From Clostridia bacterium (GTDB taxonomy: Bacteria; Bacillota; Clostridia; TANB77; CAG-508), in the NCBI GenBank assembly GCA_017510825.1, contig JAFWMA010000010.1, positions 21,647 through 85,646 on the forward strand: a DNA stretch of 64,000 bases, read 5' to 3'. The notes under the pieces are model-generated. The model had not been told where the DNA came from. It saw nothing but the letters and a program-made list of their open reading frames with translations, and did no database searches. A program made the position numbers and the translations under genes. Positions 50,820 through 60,530 of the stretch are shown here, in pieces (position 1 is the stretch's first letter; each line of letters starts with the position of its first letter).

Positions 50820-51527
50820 ATGTCAGTTTATGCAATAGGAGATTTACATTTATCATTTAATGAAGAAAAACCAATGGATATCTTTGGTCAGAAGTGGAAA
50901 AAACATGAAATACAAATTGAATATAATTGGCTTAGAACAATAAAAAATGATGATTTAGTAATTTTACCAGGAGATTTTTCTTGGGCAATTAATATACAAG
51001 ATGCATTAAAAGATTTTCAGTTTTTAAATAGATTACCTGGAAAAAAAGTTTTTATTAAAGGAAATCATGATTACTGGTGGACAACTTTAAAATCGATGTA
51101 TGAGTTTTTGGATGAAAATGAAATAGATAGTGTTGATTTTATAATGAATAATGCTATAGAGTACGAAAATGTTATTGTTGTTGGAACTAGGGGATGGTCA
51201 TTTAATGATACTGAAAATAGTGAAAAAATGCTTAATAGAGAAGTAATTAGATTAAAAAATTCAATAAATTATGCAAAAGAAAACTTTGATTTAAATAAGA
51301 AGATAATATGTGCAATGCATTATCCACCAATTACTAAAACCATGGTTGAAGAAAATATACAAAGTGATTATTTAGAATTATTAAAAAAATATGATATTAA
51401 AAATTGTTTGTATGGCCATTTGCATGGAATGTCGCATTCTGAAGCGGTTGAAGGGGCTATAGATGGAGTAAATCTTAAACTTGTTAGTAGTGATTATTTA
51501 AATTTTATTCCTTATAAAATTGCTTAA
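50820..51527 (+). CDS. Metallophosphoesterase
   Basis: GDLHLS, GDFSW, GNHDYWW, GHLH. Confidence 0.8.
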   Translation: MSVYAIGDLHLSFNEEKPMDIFGQKWKKHEIQIEYNWLRTIKNDDLVILPGDFSWAINIQDALKDFQFLNRLPGKKVFIKGNHDYWWTTLKSMYEFLDENEIDSVDFIMNNAIEYENVIVVGTRGWSFNDTENSEKMLNREVIRLKNSINYAKENFDLNKKIICAMHYPPITKTMVEENIQSDYLELLKKYDIKNCLYGHLHGMSHSEAVEGAIDGVNLKLVSSDYLNFIPYKIA

Positions 51528-51614
51528 ATATTTATTAAAAATTTGTTAGATAATGTTAATATATTATTTTAGTAATAAGTAATAAAAAATGAAACAAAGG
51601 AAGGGAATTGTTTG

Positions 51615-52892
51615 ATGAAAAAAAGAACTATTAAAATTAATTTTGGTGTAGCTATTGTATCAGTATTAATAATTATTTTAATAACAATATGTTTGATAAT
51701 TTTTTTAGGAAAAAACAATAATGATAATAAACAAGCTAGTGCTAGTAATAGTATTGAGGAAGAAACTAAAACTTCTCCAGCGAAAAAACAAAATGCAATG
51801 GATATTGAAGTGCCAATAACAAAGCAAAATCCTTTAAAAGCTGTTAATATAGAAAAAGTTATAGAGGAAAATGAAAAAAATATTCAAAGGGAAACTATAG
51901 AAAGACAAGAGGCTGATGTTGAGTTTAATACGCAATATAGAGAGAATAATTCATTAGCAAAAGGAAAGATTCAAACTATACAAGAAGGTCAAGATGGAAA
52001 ACAAAATGCAATAATTAAAAATATATATAGAAATGGAGAACTTGTAACATCTAATCAAATTTCTTCTGAAATCACGAAAGCTTCAATTGATAAAATTGTT
52101 GAAATTGGAACTGCTGCATATTCAAGCAATTATGTGCCAATAGTAGGTGATGAATTAGAAGTAACATCACTAACTTTAGCTGTAAGGATTTCAGCAAGCA
52201 ATGACGCTGATAAACTAATTACTCTAAACAAAGGCGATAAGGTAAAGGTTAAAGAAGAAAAGGATGATTGGTATAATATAAGTTATTCTTCATATTCAGG
52301 ATGGGTACCGAAAGATTGTCTTAAATTTGTACCACCTAATGCAGAAAGTGATGGAGATGAGAATAATCCACAATTTACGAAAGAGCAATTAACTCAAGAT
52401 ATTGGATTTAGTATGTTATTGAATAGAAAGAGTGGGCTATCAATTGATCAATACAAAAAAATATTTGAGGATGAGTCAAATGATAAAAATAATGTTTTTA
52501 AAGAAAATGCCGAATATTTTTACTATGCAGAGCAACAATATAATATTAATGGACTATTTGTTGCTGCAATAGGAATACATGAAAGTGGATGGGCAACGTC
52601 AACAATTTCACTTTCAAAGAAAAATTTATTTGGATATAGGGCTTATGATAGAGATCCGTACGGAAGTGCATCTGCTTTTGAAAACTATTCAGAAGGAATA
52701 GACTTAGTTGCTCGTGTTTTAGTTAAGTATTATTTAAATCCACCTGGAACACCTATTTATGGGGGAGAAACAGCATCAGGAGCATATTATAAAGGCTCAA
52801 CTGTTACAGCTGTAAATAAATCATATGCTACAGATAAAAATTGGGCGAATGCAGTATATAAGTGGATGTTATATTTATATAATAAATTGTAA
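51615..52892 (+). CDS. Cell-wall hydrolase: TM anchor + G5-like + SH3b-like + N-acetylglucosaminidase domain
   Basis: VAAIGIHESGWATS...NLFGYRAYD glucosaminidase motif; DDWYNISYSSYSGWVPK SH3b-like. Confidence 0.82.
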   Translation: MKKRTIKINFGVAIVSVLIIILITICLIIFLGKNNNDNKQASASNSIEEETKTSPAKKQNAMDIEVPITKQNPLKAVNIEKVIEENEKNIQRETIERQEADVEFNTQYRENNSLAKGKIQTIQEGQDGKQNAIIKNIYRNGELVTSNQISSEITKASIDKIVEIGTAAYSSNYVPIVGDELEVTSLTLAVRISASNDADKLITLNKGDKVKVKEEKDDWYNISYSSYSGWVPKDCLKFVPPNAESDGDENNPQFTKEQLTQDIGFSMLLNRKSGLSIDQYKKIFEDESNDKNNVFKENAEYFYYAEQQYNINGLFVAAIGIHESGWATSTISLSKKNLFGYRAYDRDPYGSASAFENYSEGIDLVARVLVKYYLNPPGTPIYGGETASGAYYKGSTVTAVNKSYATDKNWANAVYKWMLYLYNKL

Positions 52893-52993
52893 AATTATAC
52901 TTGATATTTTTTTGAAGTTAGTGTATTATTATAAGGAATGAAAAATAACTAAGACTTATTGAGATAACAAATTATAGAAAGGAAATCTTAATA

Positions 52994-53398
52994 ATGAAGA
53001 AGGTAGCAAGGGTTTTAGTTGTGCTAATGCTATTATTAGGTACTATATCTTTAACTCCAGTTTATGCTAGTAATCAAATTATTTCAAATGAAACCAAGAG
53101 TAAGTTAGTTGAAATAAAAGATAAAGAGCTGAAATCAATAGAAGATTACAAAGCTACATATGGAGATGGGGTGTATGGAACCGTTGGATATATATTAAAT
53201 AAGATAAGAATTTATAGTATTCCCTTAACTTTTTTAGGAATAGCTATTAGTGTTATATATCAGTTTGTTTTGGGAGCTAGACATGCAGAAAATTTGTACA
53301 AAGGATTTAATTCAATGATAGTAATTGTATCATTGTTTGTAATTTGTCAGGTTTTACCACTAGTTTTTGCGATTGTAATAAAAGGTTGGAGGGGATAA
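52994..53398 (+). CDS. Small secreted/membrane protein (signal peptide + two TM helices)
   Basis: MKKVARVLVVLMLLLGTISLTPVYA signal; two C-terminal hydrophobic helices; stop 4 nt before the next start. Confidence 0.65.
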   Translation: MKKVARVLVVLMLLLGTISLTPVYASNQIISNETKSKLVEIKDKELKSIEDYKATYGDGVYGTVGYILNKIRIYSIPLTFLGIAISVIYQFVLGARHAENLYKGFNSMIVIVSLFVICQVLPLVFAIVIKGWRG

Positions 53399-53401
53399 CT
53401 A

Positions 53402-56400
53402 ATGAAAGTTTTATTTGCTGTTAGTAATGATACTGTAACTACATCTATTGTAAATAAGTATCAACAAACATACAAAGAAATTGTAACAAGTAAAAATGTT
53501 TACTATTTTAATGCAATTGTTAAAGAATTACAAAGAGATAAAAACTATGATTGTATTATCATAGAAGAAGATTTGGAACCAATATCTAATAATAATTATG
53601 AAGCAATTGATAATTTTTTATTTGAAAAATTAGATAGTATAAGTGATGAGGCATCAAAACCAACAGGTGAAGATATTCCTATTGTTTTTGTATGTTCAGA
53701 TAGAAGAACAAAATCTGATGACTTATTAAGAAAGCTATTTAGCATGAGTATATACAATGCTTTAGTAGGAGATGATAGAAGTCTAGATAAAGTTTGTGAA
53801 TTAATGAGCAAACCACGTAATAAAAAGGAAGCCAAAAAGTATTATCAAATTGAAGGTAATCAAGTTGACTATGAGGCACATAAAGATGAAATTGTTAGTG
53901 AGGAACAAATTCAAAATATATTAAACTATTACAAAAAGATTGGTAGTAATGAGAGAAAGTGTGTACAGGCTTTTGACAGTATATCAAAGCAATATGATAA
54001 CACACAACTTAGGATTATTGTTAAATTTTTACCAATGAATGTTAAAGCTATATTGGAATCAAATTCTGCAACATATCAAAGGCTTATGTCAAATGGAACT
54101 GTTTTGTCTAATGGCCAATATAGTCCATATACTCCAAGTAATCCAAAAAAACCTGAGAAACTTGATTTTATTGCAAAAAATGTTGAAGATAATAAAAAAT
54201 TAGATAAACCAGTTGTCATTCCGTCAAATATGAATTATCAACAAATAGGTGGAAATGACAATGGAAATAGTGCTTCTGGATATGGTCAATCAAATGACCA
54301 ACAGCAAGCAAACAATATGAGAAATCAACAGTATATGAGGAATGCCAGTCAAGCACAATATAATAATTATAATAATCCATATGGTACAATGAGAAATCAA
54401 TATGGAAATAATTATAGACCTCAAAATAATAGTCCATATAGTATGGGGCAACAAATGTATAATAGTAGGCAACCAACCAATCCTTATTATAATAATATGA
54501 ATGTTAATCCTTATCATCAAAATATGAATTATAATAATTCTCAAAATAATACGCAACAAAACTTTAATAATATGGGACAACCATATGTTAATAATAATCA
54601 ACTAAATGTAAATAACTCTAATAATGCTACTGCTGATAAAACTACTAATAGTTTAATAAGTCAAGAAAAAAATGGTAGTTTACTCGATGTTAAGCCAATT
54701 GAACCAATGAAACCATTAGGAGAAGATAGTAGTTTAGCAAATAATATAAACAATGAAAATAAAGTAAGTGAGAATAAAGAAGTAAGCCAAGAACAACCTG
54801 AGTCAACTAAGAAAAGAAGAGGTAGACCTAGAAAAATAAAAGCAAGTAAAGGAGACGAAAATGTTGAAACAGCAGTTGTAGAACCTATTAAAAAAAGAAG
54901 AGGTAGACCTAGAAAAATAAAAAATTTTGAAGAACATACAGAGGGAATTCAAAACAACTTATTTGATGAAAATAATAATAAAGAGATTGGAGAAGAGAAT
55001 CCAGCTGTTTTAGAAGAAATTAATAGTAATGATAACATGATTGTTAGTGAATCAAATAAGGGAGCTGATGTTTTAAATAGTAGAAATAATACTGATAACC
55101 TAATTAATAATTCATCAAATATGAATAATAAACAAATTACTCAAAATAGTAATTATGAGATACAACCAAATAAGAAAATTCATCAAACAAATGCAAATGA
55201 AAATAAAACTGTTAATTTATATGATCTAGATATTAATGGCACTGATCCTTTTGATAATATTTATAATAACGAAGCAAGTAATGTATTTGGTAGTAATGCA
55301 CCTGTAATGGGCAATACGCCAGTAATTGGTAATTCGACGATTAATAATCAACCTATTAATAATATACCAACTAATAATGAACCGATTGATAATACATCAA
55401 TAAATAATGAAACAATTGGTACTACACTAATTGATAATGCTACAATACAGCAACCTTCTTTGCTTGAAAATAATGACAATAGTTTAAAAGATTCTACTAT
55501 GTTAATTGAAAAAGATAAAACAAGTGAAGATATTGAAGCTTTAAAGAATACTACAATTGCTGGAAATGGAAAGATAGTTGCTTTTGTTGGAACAAGTAAA
55601 AATGGAACATCATTTATTATTAATAATTTAGCTCAAATGTTATCACAAGATGGCATTAATGTTGCAATATTGGATGTAACTAAAAATAAAAACTCATATT
55701 ATATGTATACAGATAATGATGCTAATAAAGTAAAAGTTGCTACGGATAGCTTGAAAAATTTATCAAATGGGATTGTTAAAGGATTGAGTGTTAAAAATAA
55801 TTTAACAGTTTTCACATCTTTACCAGACCAAATAGACAATGATAATTTGGATAATAAAACTATAATTGAAAAGTTAGCTCAACAATTTGATGTGATATTA
55901 GTAGATTGTGATTTTAAAACAGATTTAACATATTTTATTTTAGCTAATGAAATATATTTAGTTCAATCTATGGATGCTTTGACAATACAACCACTTACTA
56001 AATTTTTAAGTGATTTAAAATTGAAAAATATATTAGATGAATCTAAATTAAAAGTAATTATAAATAAATATATTAAATTAAAAAGATTAGATGATAGAAT
56101 GATTGTTGGTGGTATGTCTAAATATAACGAACCATCAATGACATTGCAAAGGGATTTATTTAATCCTAAAAAGATAACAACTGCGATTATACCTTTTGAT
56201 GATCAAACTTATTTTAAGTACTTAGAGTCTATTGCATTGTGTCAATTTTCTTTAAATGGTTTTTCAAGAGAGGTAATTGACAGTTTAGAAAAACTAAAAA
56301 GTATGGTGTATCCTTTAATTGCTGGTAATAGTGTTAATGGAAGTGGACCATCAAACTATGTCGATTATAATGTAAATGGATATAGTAATCAGACAAATTC

Positions 56401-56461
56401 TCAACATTTTTCAAGTAACGTTAACGATACATTGAATAAGATGAGAACAAATAACTTTTAG
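53402..56461 (+). CDS. 1019-aa multidomain protein: receiver-like N-domain, Q/N/Y-rich low-complexity region, two AT-hooks, C-terminal MinD/ParA-like domain with atypical Walker A
   Basis: KKRRGRPRKIK at 54809-54841 and 54890-54919; KIVAFVGTSKNGTS (55589-55612) ... VILVDCD. Confidence 0.85.
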   Translation: MKVLFAVSNDTVTTSIVNKYQQTYKEIVTSKNVYYFNAIVKELQRDKNYDCIIIEEDLEPISNNNYEAIDNFLFEKLDSISDEASKPTGEDIPIVFVCSDRRTKSDDLLRKLFSMSIYNALVGDDRSLDKVCELMSKPRNKKEAKKYYQIEGNQVDYEAHKDEIVSEEQIQNILNYYKKIGSNERKCVQAFDSISKQYDNTQLRIIVKFLPMNVKAILESNSATYQRLMSNGTVLSNGQYSPYTPSNPKKPEKLDFIAKNVEDNKKLDKPVVIPSNMNYQQIGGNDNGNSASGYGQSNDQQQANNMRNQQYMRNASQAQYNNYNNPYGTMRNQYGNNYRPQNNSPYSMGQQMYNSRQPTNPYYNNMNVNPYHQNMNYNNSQNNTQQNFNNMGQPYVNNNQLNVNNSNNATADKTTNSLISQEKNGSLLDVKPIEPMKPLGEDSSLANNINNENKVSENKEVSQEQPESTKKRRGRPRKIKASKGDENVETAVVEPIKKRRGRPRKIKNFEEHTEGIQNNLFDENNNKEIGEENPAVLEEINSNDNMIVSESNKGADVLNSRNNTDNLINNSSNMNNKQITQNSNYEIQPNKKIHQTNANENKTVNLYDLDINGTDPFDNIYNNEASNVFGSNAPVMGNTPVIGNSTINNQPINNIPTNNEPIDNTSINNETIGTTLIDNATIQQPSLLENNDNSLKDSTMLIEKDKTSEDIEALKNTTIAGNGKIVAFVGTSKNGTSFIINNLAQMLSQDGINVAILDVTKNKNSYYMYTDNDANKVKVATDSLKNLSNGIVKGLSVKNNLTVFTSLPDQIDNDNLDNKTIIEKLAQQFDVILVDCDFKTDLTYFILANEIYLVQSMDALTIQPLTKFLSDLKLKNILDESKLKVIINKYIKLKRLDDRMIVGGMSKYNEPSMTLQRDLFNPKKITTAIIPFDDQTYFKYLESIALCQFSLNGFSREVIDSLEKLKSMVYPLIAGNSVNGSGPSNYVDYNVNGYSNQTNSQHFSSNVNDTLNKMRTNNF

Positions 56462-56469
56462 AAAAGGAG

Positions 56470-57663
56470 GTGTTCTTTTTGGAGATTGCAGCATTATGTT
56501 TTATCATATTGTTAGTAGTAATTGTAATAGTATTGGTAATATATAATTATTTTGTGCATAAAAAAATAGAAACATTTTCAACTTTAAATCAGAGAGTAAA
56601 AAATCTAAATGTATTACAAGAGTTTATGAACACTTTAGGAGAAAATGCAACAATTACTGAAAAATTAGAAAATATTAATGATATAATGATAAATAAATAC
56701 TCTATAAAGTATTCAACTATAGTAGTATTTAATGGTGCAGAATATGAAATTAAAGCTTCAAATGTGGATTCTAAACATTGGAGTAGTTTAAAGAATTTAC
56801 AAAATGATCCTGTTTTTTCAGAAAGTATTCAAACTGCAACACCTAAATATGTAACAGTTGATAATGATAATGAGAAACTACCATATCAAAAAATGGAATT
56901 TGGTAGAGCAAAATGTGCAATGTTTTTTCCTTTATATATAGATAATGTTTACATTGGGTATTGGATTATTGAGGGAAGTATAGCACATGAATTTGATAAA
57001 TTAGATACAACAATATTAGGTGTTGTAAGGGATAACATTGTTACAATTCTTAAAGCTGTTTCAACTCAGTCAACCCTTGAAAATTTGGTTAGAGATGATC
57101 AATATTCAGGGCTTAAGTCTGAAGAATACTTATATGGAGAAGGAAAAAAAGTAATTGAACAGTATACAACATCTGCGATTTGTATCTTTAAGATAACTAA
57201 TTTACCTATGGTTAATACTGAAATTAGTAGGAAAACTGGTGACAATATGGTAACTTATGTTTCAAATTTTGTAAAACAAAATTTGTCTCAAAATTATATT
57301 TTTGTAAGATATATGGGACCTAAATTTGCTATTGTATTTTCGGGTGCAGACATTAAAGGTGTATCAAATTTTATGAGAGATATGAAACAGAAGATTGAGA
57401 TGATTAATGTACAATATGCAAGTGATTATAAAGGTAATGACAATCCTGATAATAATGGAAATAATACTAGTGGTGAACAAGTAAATTCAAATCAGGGATT
57501 TCAACCACAACAGCAAAACAAAATACCATCTCCTAAGGTTGTAAGACCTCAAATTAGGGCAGTAATTTCTACATATTATAAAGGTACATCTTTGGATGGA
57601 GCATTAAAAAAGATTGAAGATTTTGTAGATAAATCTAATGAAAATTCTGTTAGTGTAGTATAA
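56470..57663 (+). CDS. Membrane protein with sensor-like domain and degenerate GGDEF domain
   Basis: DQYSGLKS...FKITNL...RYMGPKFAIVF (GGDEF replaced by MGPKF, 57313-57327); the real start may be TTG 56479 given the RBS position. Confidence 0.75.
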   Translation: MFFLEIAALCFIILLVVIVIVLVIYNYFVHKKIETFSTLNQRVKNLNVLQEFMNTLGENATITEKLENINDIMINKYSIKYSTIVVFNGAEYEIKASNVDSKHWSSLKNLQNDPVFSESIQTATPKYVTVDNDNEKLPYQKMEFGRAKCAMFFPLYIDNVYIGYWIIEGSIAHEFDKLDTTILGVVRDNIVTILKAVSTQSTLENLVRDDQYSGLKSEEYLYGEGKKVIEQYTTSAICIFKITNLPMVNTEISRKTGDNMVTYVSNFVKQNLSQNYIFVRYMGPKFAIVFSGADIKGVSNFMRDMKQKIEMINVQYASDYKGNDNPDNNGNNTSGEQVNSNQGFQPQQQNKIPSPKVVRPQIRAVISTYYKGTSLDGALKKIEDFVDKSNENSVSVV

Positions 57664-57690
57664 GAGGGGATAAGAAAGGAATTAATAATT

Positions 57691-57945
57691 ATGTCTTTAG
57701 ATGAAACACGTAGTTTCAAGGTTGAAAAAATTGAAAATGAAAAAACTAAAGAAATTCTTAAAGAAGTATATGATTCACTTAAAGAAAAGGGATATAATCC
57801 TATAAACCAAATTGTAGGATATATTTTATCTGGAGATCCAACATATATTACAAGTCATAATGGAGCTCGTAGTTTAATTAGAAGAGTTGAAAGAGACAAA
57901 TTACTTGAAAAAATGGTTAAGGAATATATTGAAGTTGATGAGTAG
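57691..57945 (+). CDS. ireB: IreB-family regulatory phosphoprotein (UPF0297/DUF965)
   Basis: 84 aa, [33 protein letters not shown]; precedes ruvX as usual. Confidence 0.82.
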   Translation: MSLDETRSFKVEKIENEKTKEILKEVYDSLKEKGYNPINQIVGYILSGDPTYITSHNGARSLIRRVERDKLLEKMVKEYIEVDE

Positions 57946-58366
57946 AATAATAGGAATTGATTATGGAAAAGTGAGAACTGGATTAGCAATAACGGATGCC
58001 CTTGGGATAACTGCCCAAGGGCTTGAAACAATTATTTCAAATGGTAATGATAAGATTATTTTAAAAAGATTGGCTGAGTTAGTAGAGGAATATGAAATTG
58101 ATAAGTTTGTTATTGGTAATCCTATTAATATGGATGGAACTGAAAGTGATAGATCGAGAGAAACTAGAGATTTCATACATAAGCTTAAATCTAGATTTAA
58201 TGCAATTGAAGTTATAAGTGTTGATGAGAGATTAACTACAGTTGAAGCTCATAAAACAATGAATATTTTAAATATTAATAAACATAAAAAAAAGCAATTG
58301 GTTGATACAATTTCTGCTGTTTATATATTAGAAAATTATATTAATAAAGCTAAAAGTGAGAAGTAG
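57938..58366 (+). CDS. ruvX: Holliday-junction resolvase-like nuclease YqgF/RuvX
   Basis: [20 protein letters not shown]; 8-nt overlap with ireB. Confidence 0.9.
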   Translation: MSRIIGIDYGKVRTGLAITDALGITAQGLETIISNGNDKIILKRLAELVEEYEIDKFVIGNPINMDGTESDRSRETRDFIHKLKSRFNAIEVISVDERLTTVEAHKTMNILNINKHKKKQLVDTISAVYILENYINKAKSEK

Positions 58367-58409
58367 AATGTAAAAATGTTTATTTTTCTTACTTTTTTAG
58401 ATGTTTACC

Positions 58410-58438
58410 TTGACTTTAGGGGAAAAAGGTTGTATAAT
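58410..58438 (+). promoter_or_regulatory. S10-operon promoter
   Basis: TTGACT-17 bp-TATAAT. Confidence 0.65.
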
Positions 58439-58444
58439 AAATAA

Positions 58445-58715
58445 GCATGTTAATGATAGCGGTGAAGTAGGATGTGGCTACATACCTATTAAATAGGTAA
58501 TGGAGGGAACTCCTATGGAGTATGTCATGGCAAAGACCAGGCGGCAAGTTTTATAAATATAAAGCACTTTAGCCCAAGGATTCATGCAAAACTTGGGATT
58601 TTATATTGGTAATAAAAAGAAACACCAGGGTGCGTTTATAACTTCCGACCAAAAATAAAAAAATACATAGTGTGAATGCTATTAAACACAATGTATTATG
58701 AAAAGGAGGTATATA
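58445..58715 (+). promoter_or_regulatory. Long structured 5' leader of the S10 operon (unclassified)
   Basis: Hairpins ACCTAT-TAA-ATAGGT, GGAG-GGAA-CTCC, CCCAAG...CTTGGG, AATACATAGTGTG...ACACAATGTATT abutting the RBS. Confidence 0.45.
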
Positions 58716-59075
58716 ATGGCAACAACTAAGAAAACGGAGAAAAAAGAAACTAAGGTTGCAACAACAGCAAAGAGTGACAAGATTAGGATTAGACTTAAAG
58801 CTTATGACCATGTTGTTTTAGAACAGTCTGCTGAGAAGATAGTAGATACTGCTAAAAGAACAGGTGCTAAAGTTTCTGGACCTATTCCTCTTCCAACTGA
58901 AAAAGAAATTGTAACAATTTTACGTTCTCCACACAAACACAAAGATTCAAGAGAACAATTTGAGTTAAGAACTCATAAAAGAGTTATTGATATTTTATAT
59001 CCTACTCAAAAAACTGTTGATAGCTTAATGAAAATTGAATTACCAGCAGGTGTTGATATAGAAATCAAATTATAA
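58716..59075 (+). CDS. rpsJ: 30S ribosomal protein S10 (with ~15-aa Lys/Thr-rich N-terminal extension)
   Basis: AGGAGG RBS; ...[30 protein letters not shown]. Confidence 0.96.
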   Translation: MATTKKTEKKETKVATTAKSDKIRIRLKAYDHVVLEQSAEKIVDTAKRTGAKVSGPIPLPTEKEIVTILRSPHKHKDSREQFELRTHKRVIDILYPTQKTVDSLMKIELPAGVDIEIKL

Positions 59076-59245
59076 TCTTAGAGATTAAAAATTAGAGGTT
59101 AAATGTTAGAGCCTCTGTAAATATATCTAGCAAAACTAAGCTGAGTTAGAGATTTAGAAGTTAGAGGTTAGAATTGAAAATCTAATATCTAACCACAAGT
59201 GTGAAGTACATGTGGCTAAAATCTAATAATCTAGATCAGCCAATA
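59076..59245. repeat. Structured rpsJ-rplC spacer rich in TTAGAG / TCTAA motifs
   Basis: TTAGAG at 59078, 59092, 59106, 59146, 59161; TTAGAA twice; complementary TCTAA motifs downstream; hairpin GGTTAGA...TCTAACC. Confidence 0.55.
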
Positions 59246-59259
59246 GTTAGGAGGTTAAA

Positions 59260-59889
59260 ATGAAGAAAGCATTAATAGGAAGAAAAGTTGGAATGACACA
59301 AATATTCGATGAAAAAGGACAAATCATTCCTGTAACAGCAATAGAGGTTGGACCATGTACTGTTGTTCAAATTAAAACAGTAGATCAAGATGGTTATGAT
59401 GCTGTTAAATTAGGTTTTGGAGAAGTAAAAGAAAAGAAACTTAATAAACCTCAATTAGGTCAATTTAGAAAAAGTAAGTTAACACCTAAAAAGTATTTAA
59501 GAGAATTTAGGTTAGATTCTATTGAAGGATTAAAAGTTGGTGATGAACTTAAGGCAGATGTATTTGAAGTAGGAGATAAAGTTGATATTCAAGGTACTTC
59601 AAAAGGTAAAGGATTTCAAGGTGTAATTAAACGTCATGGACAACATAGAGGTCCAATGGGACATGGTTCAATGTATCACAGAAGACCTGGTTCAATGGGG
59701 TCTACATCAACTCCAGGTAGAGTTTACCCAGGTAAAAAACTACCAGGACATATGGGTGTTGAAACTGTAACAATTCAAAATCTTGAGGTTGTTAAAGTTG
59801 ATTTAGATAAAAATGTTATTTTAGTTAAAGGAAGTGTTCCTGGAGCTAAAAAATCTATATTAAAAATAAAATCAAGTGTAAAAGCGTAG
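59260..59889 (+). CDS. rplC: 50S ribosomal protein L3
   Basis: [16 protein letters not shown]..., 209 aa. Confidence 0.97.
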   Translation: MKKALIGRKVGMTQIFDEKGQIIPVTAIEVGPCTVVQIKTVDQDGYDAVKLGFGEVKEKKLNKPQLGQFRKSKLTPKKYLREFRLDSIEGLKVGDELKADVFEVGDKVDIQGTSKGKGFQGVIKRHGQHRGPMGHGSMYHRRPGSMGSTSTPGRVYPGKKLPGHMGVETVTIQNLEVVKVDLDKNVILVKGSVPGAKKSILKIKSSVKA

Positions 59890-59906
59890 GGAAGGAGGAA
59901 AAGTAA

Positions 59907-60530
59907 ATGCCTAAAATTGATGTATTAAGTGCAGACGGTAAAAAAGTCAAGGAATTAGAATTAAATAATGAAGTATTTGGAATTGAACCAAATGAGAATG
60001 TTGTACATACAGTAATTTTAAACTACCTTGCAAATCAAAGACAAGGAACACAAAATACAAAAACAAGATCTGAAGTTTCTGGTGGTGGAAGAAAACCATG
60101 GAGACAAAAGGGTACAGGTCGTGCAAGACAAGGTTCTATTAGATCACCACAATGGGTAAAGGGTGGTATTGCTCTTGGACCAAAGCCACGTTCATATACA
60201 TATAGAATTAATAAAAAAGAAAAAAGGCTTGCGATTAGATCTATATTAAGTTCAAAAGTTTTGGAAAAACAACTTACAGTTGTTGATAAAATTGAACTAA
60301 AAGAAATTAAAACGGCTGATATGGTTAAAACATTAGATAACATTAAAGTAACTGGAAAAACTCTAGTTGTATTACCAGAAAATAATGAAAATGTTCAAAA
60401 ATCATTAAGAAATATTAAAGGAGTTAAAGCTTCAATTGTTAACACAATAAATGCTTATGATTTAGTAAAATATGAAAATCTAGTTTTAACAGTGGATTCA
60501 GTTAAAAAAATAGAGGAGGTGTACGCATAA
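59907..60530 (+). CDS. rplD: 50S ribosomal protein L4
   Basis: GGGRKPWRQKGTGRARQGSIRSPQW. Confidence 0.97.
   Translation: MPKIDVLSADGKKVKELELNNEVFGIEPNENVVHTVILNYLANQRQGTQNTKTRSEVSGGGRKPWRQKGTGRARQGSIRSPQWVKGGIALGPKPRSYTYRINKKEKRLAIRSILSSKVLEKQLTVVDKIELKEIKTADMVKTLDNIKVTGKTLVVLPENNENVQKSLRNIKGVKASIVNTINAYDLVKYENLVLTVDSVKKIEEVYA

Noticed and set aside
54216-54601. 86-aa and 103-aa ORFs on the - strand
   Set aside because: They are antisense to the N/Q-rich low-complexity region of the 1019-aa gene. Codon periodicity of AAT/CAA repeats keeps the reverse frames open.
58569-58811. 80-aa ORF on the - strand in the S10 leader
   Set aside because: It overlaps the rpsJ start and RBS in antisense, and it has neither an RBS nor a recognisable product.
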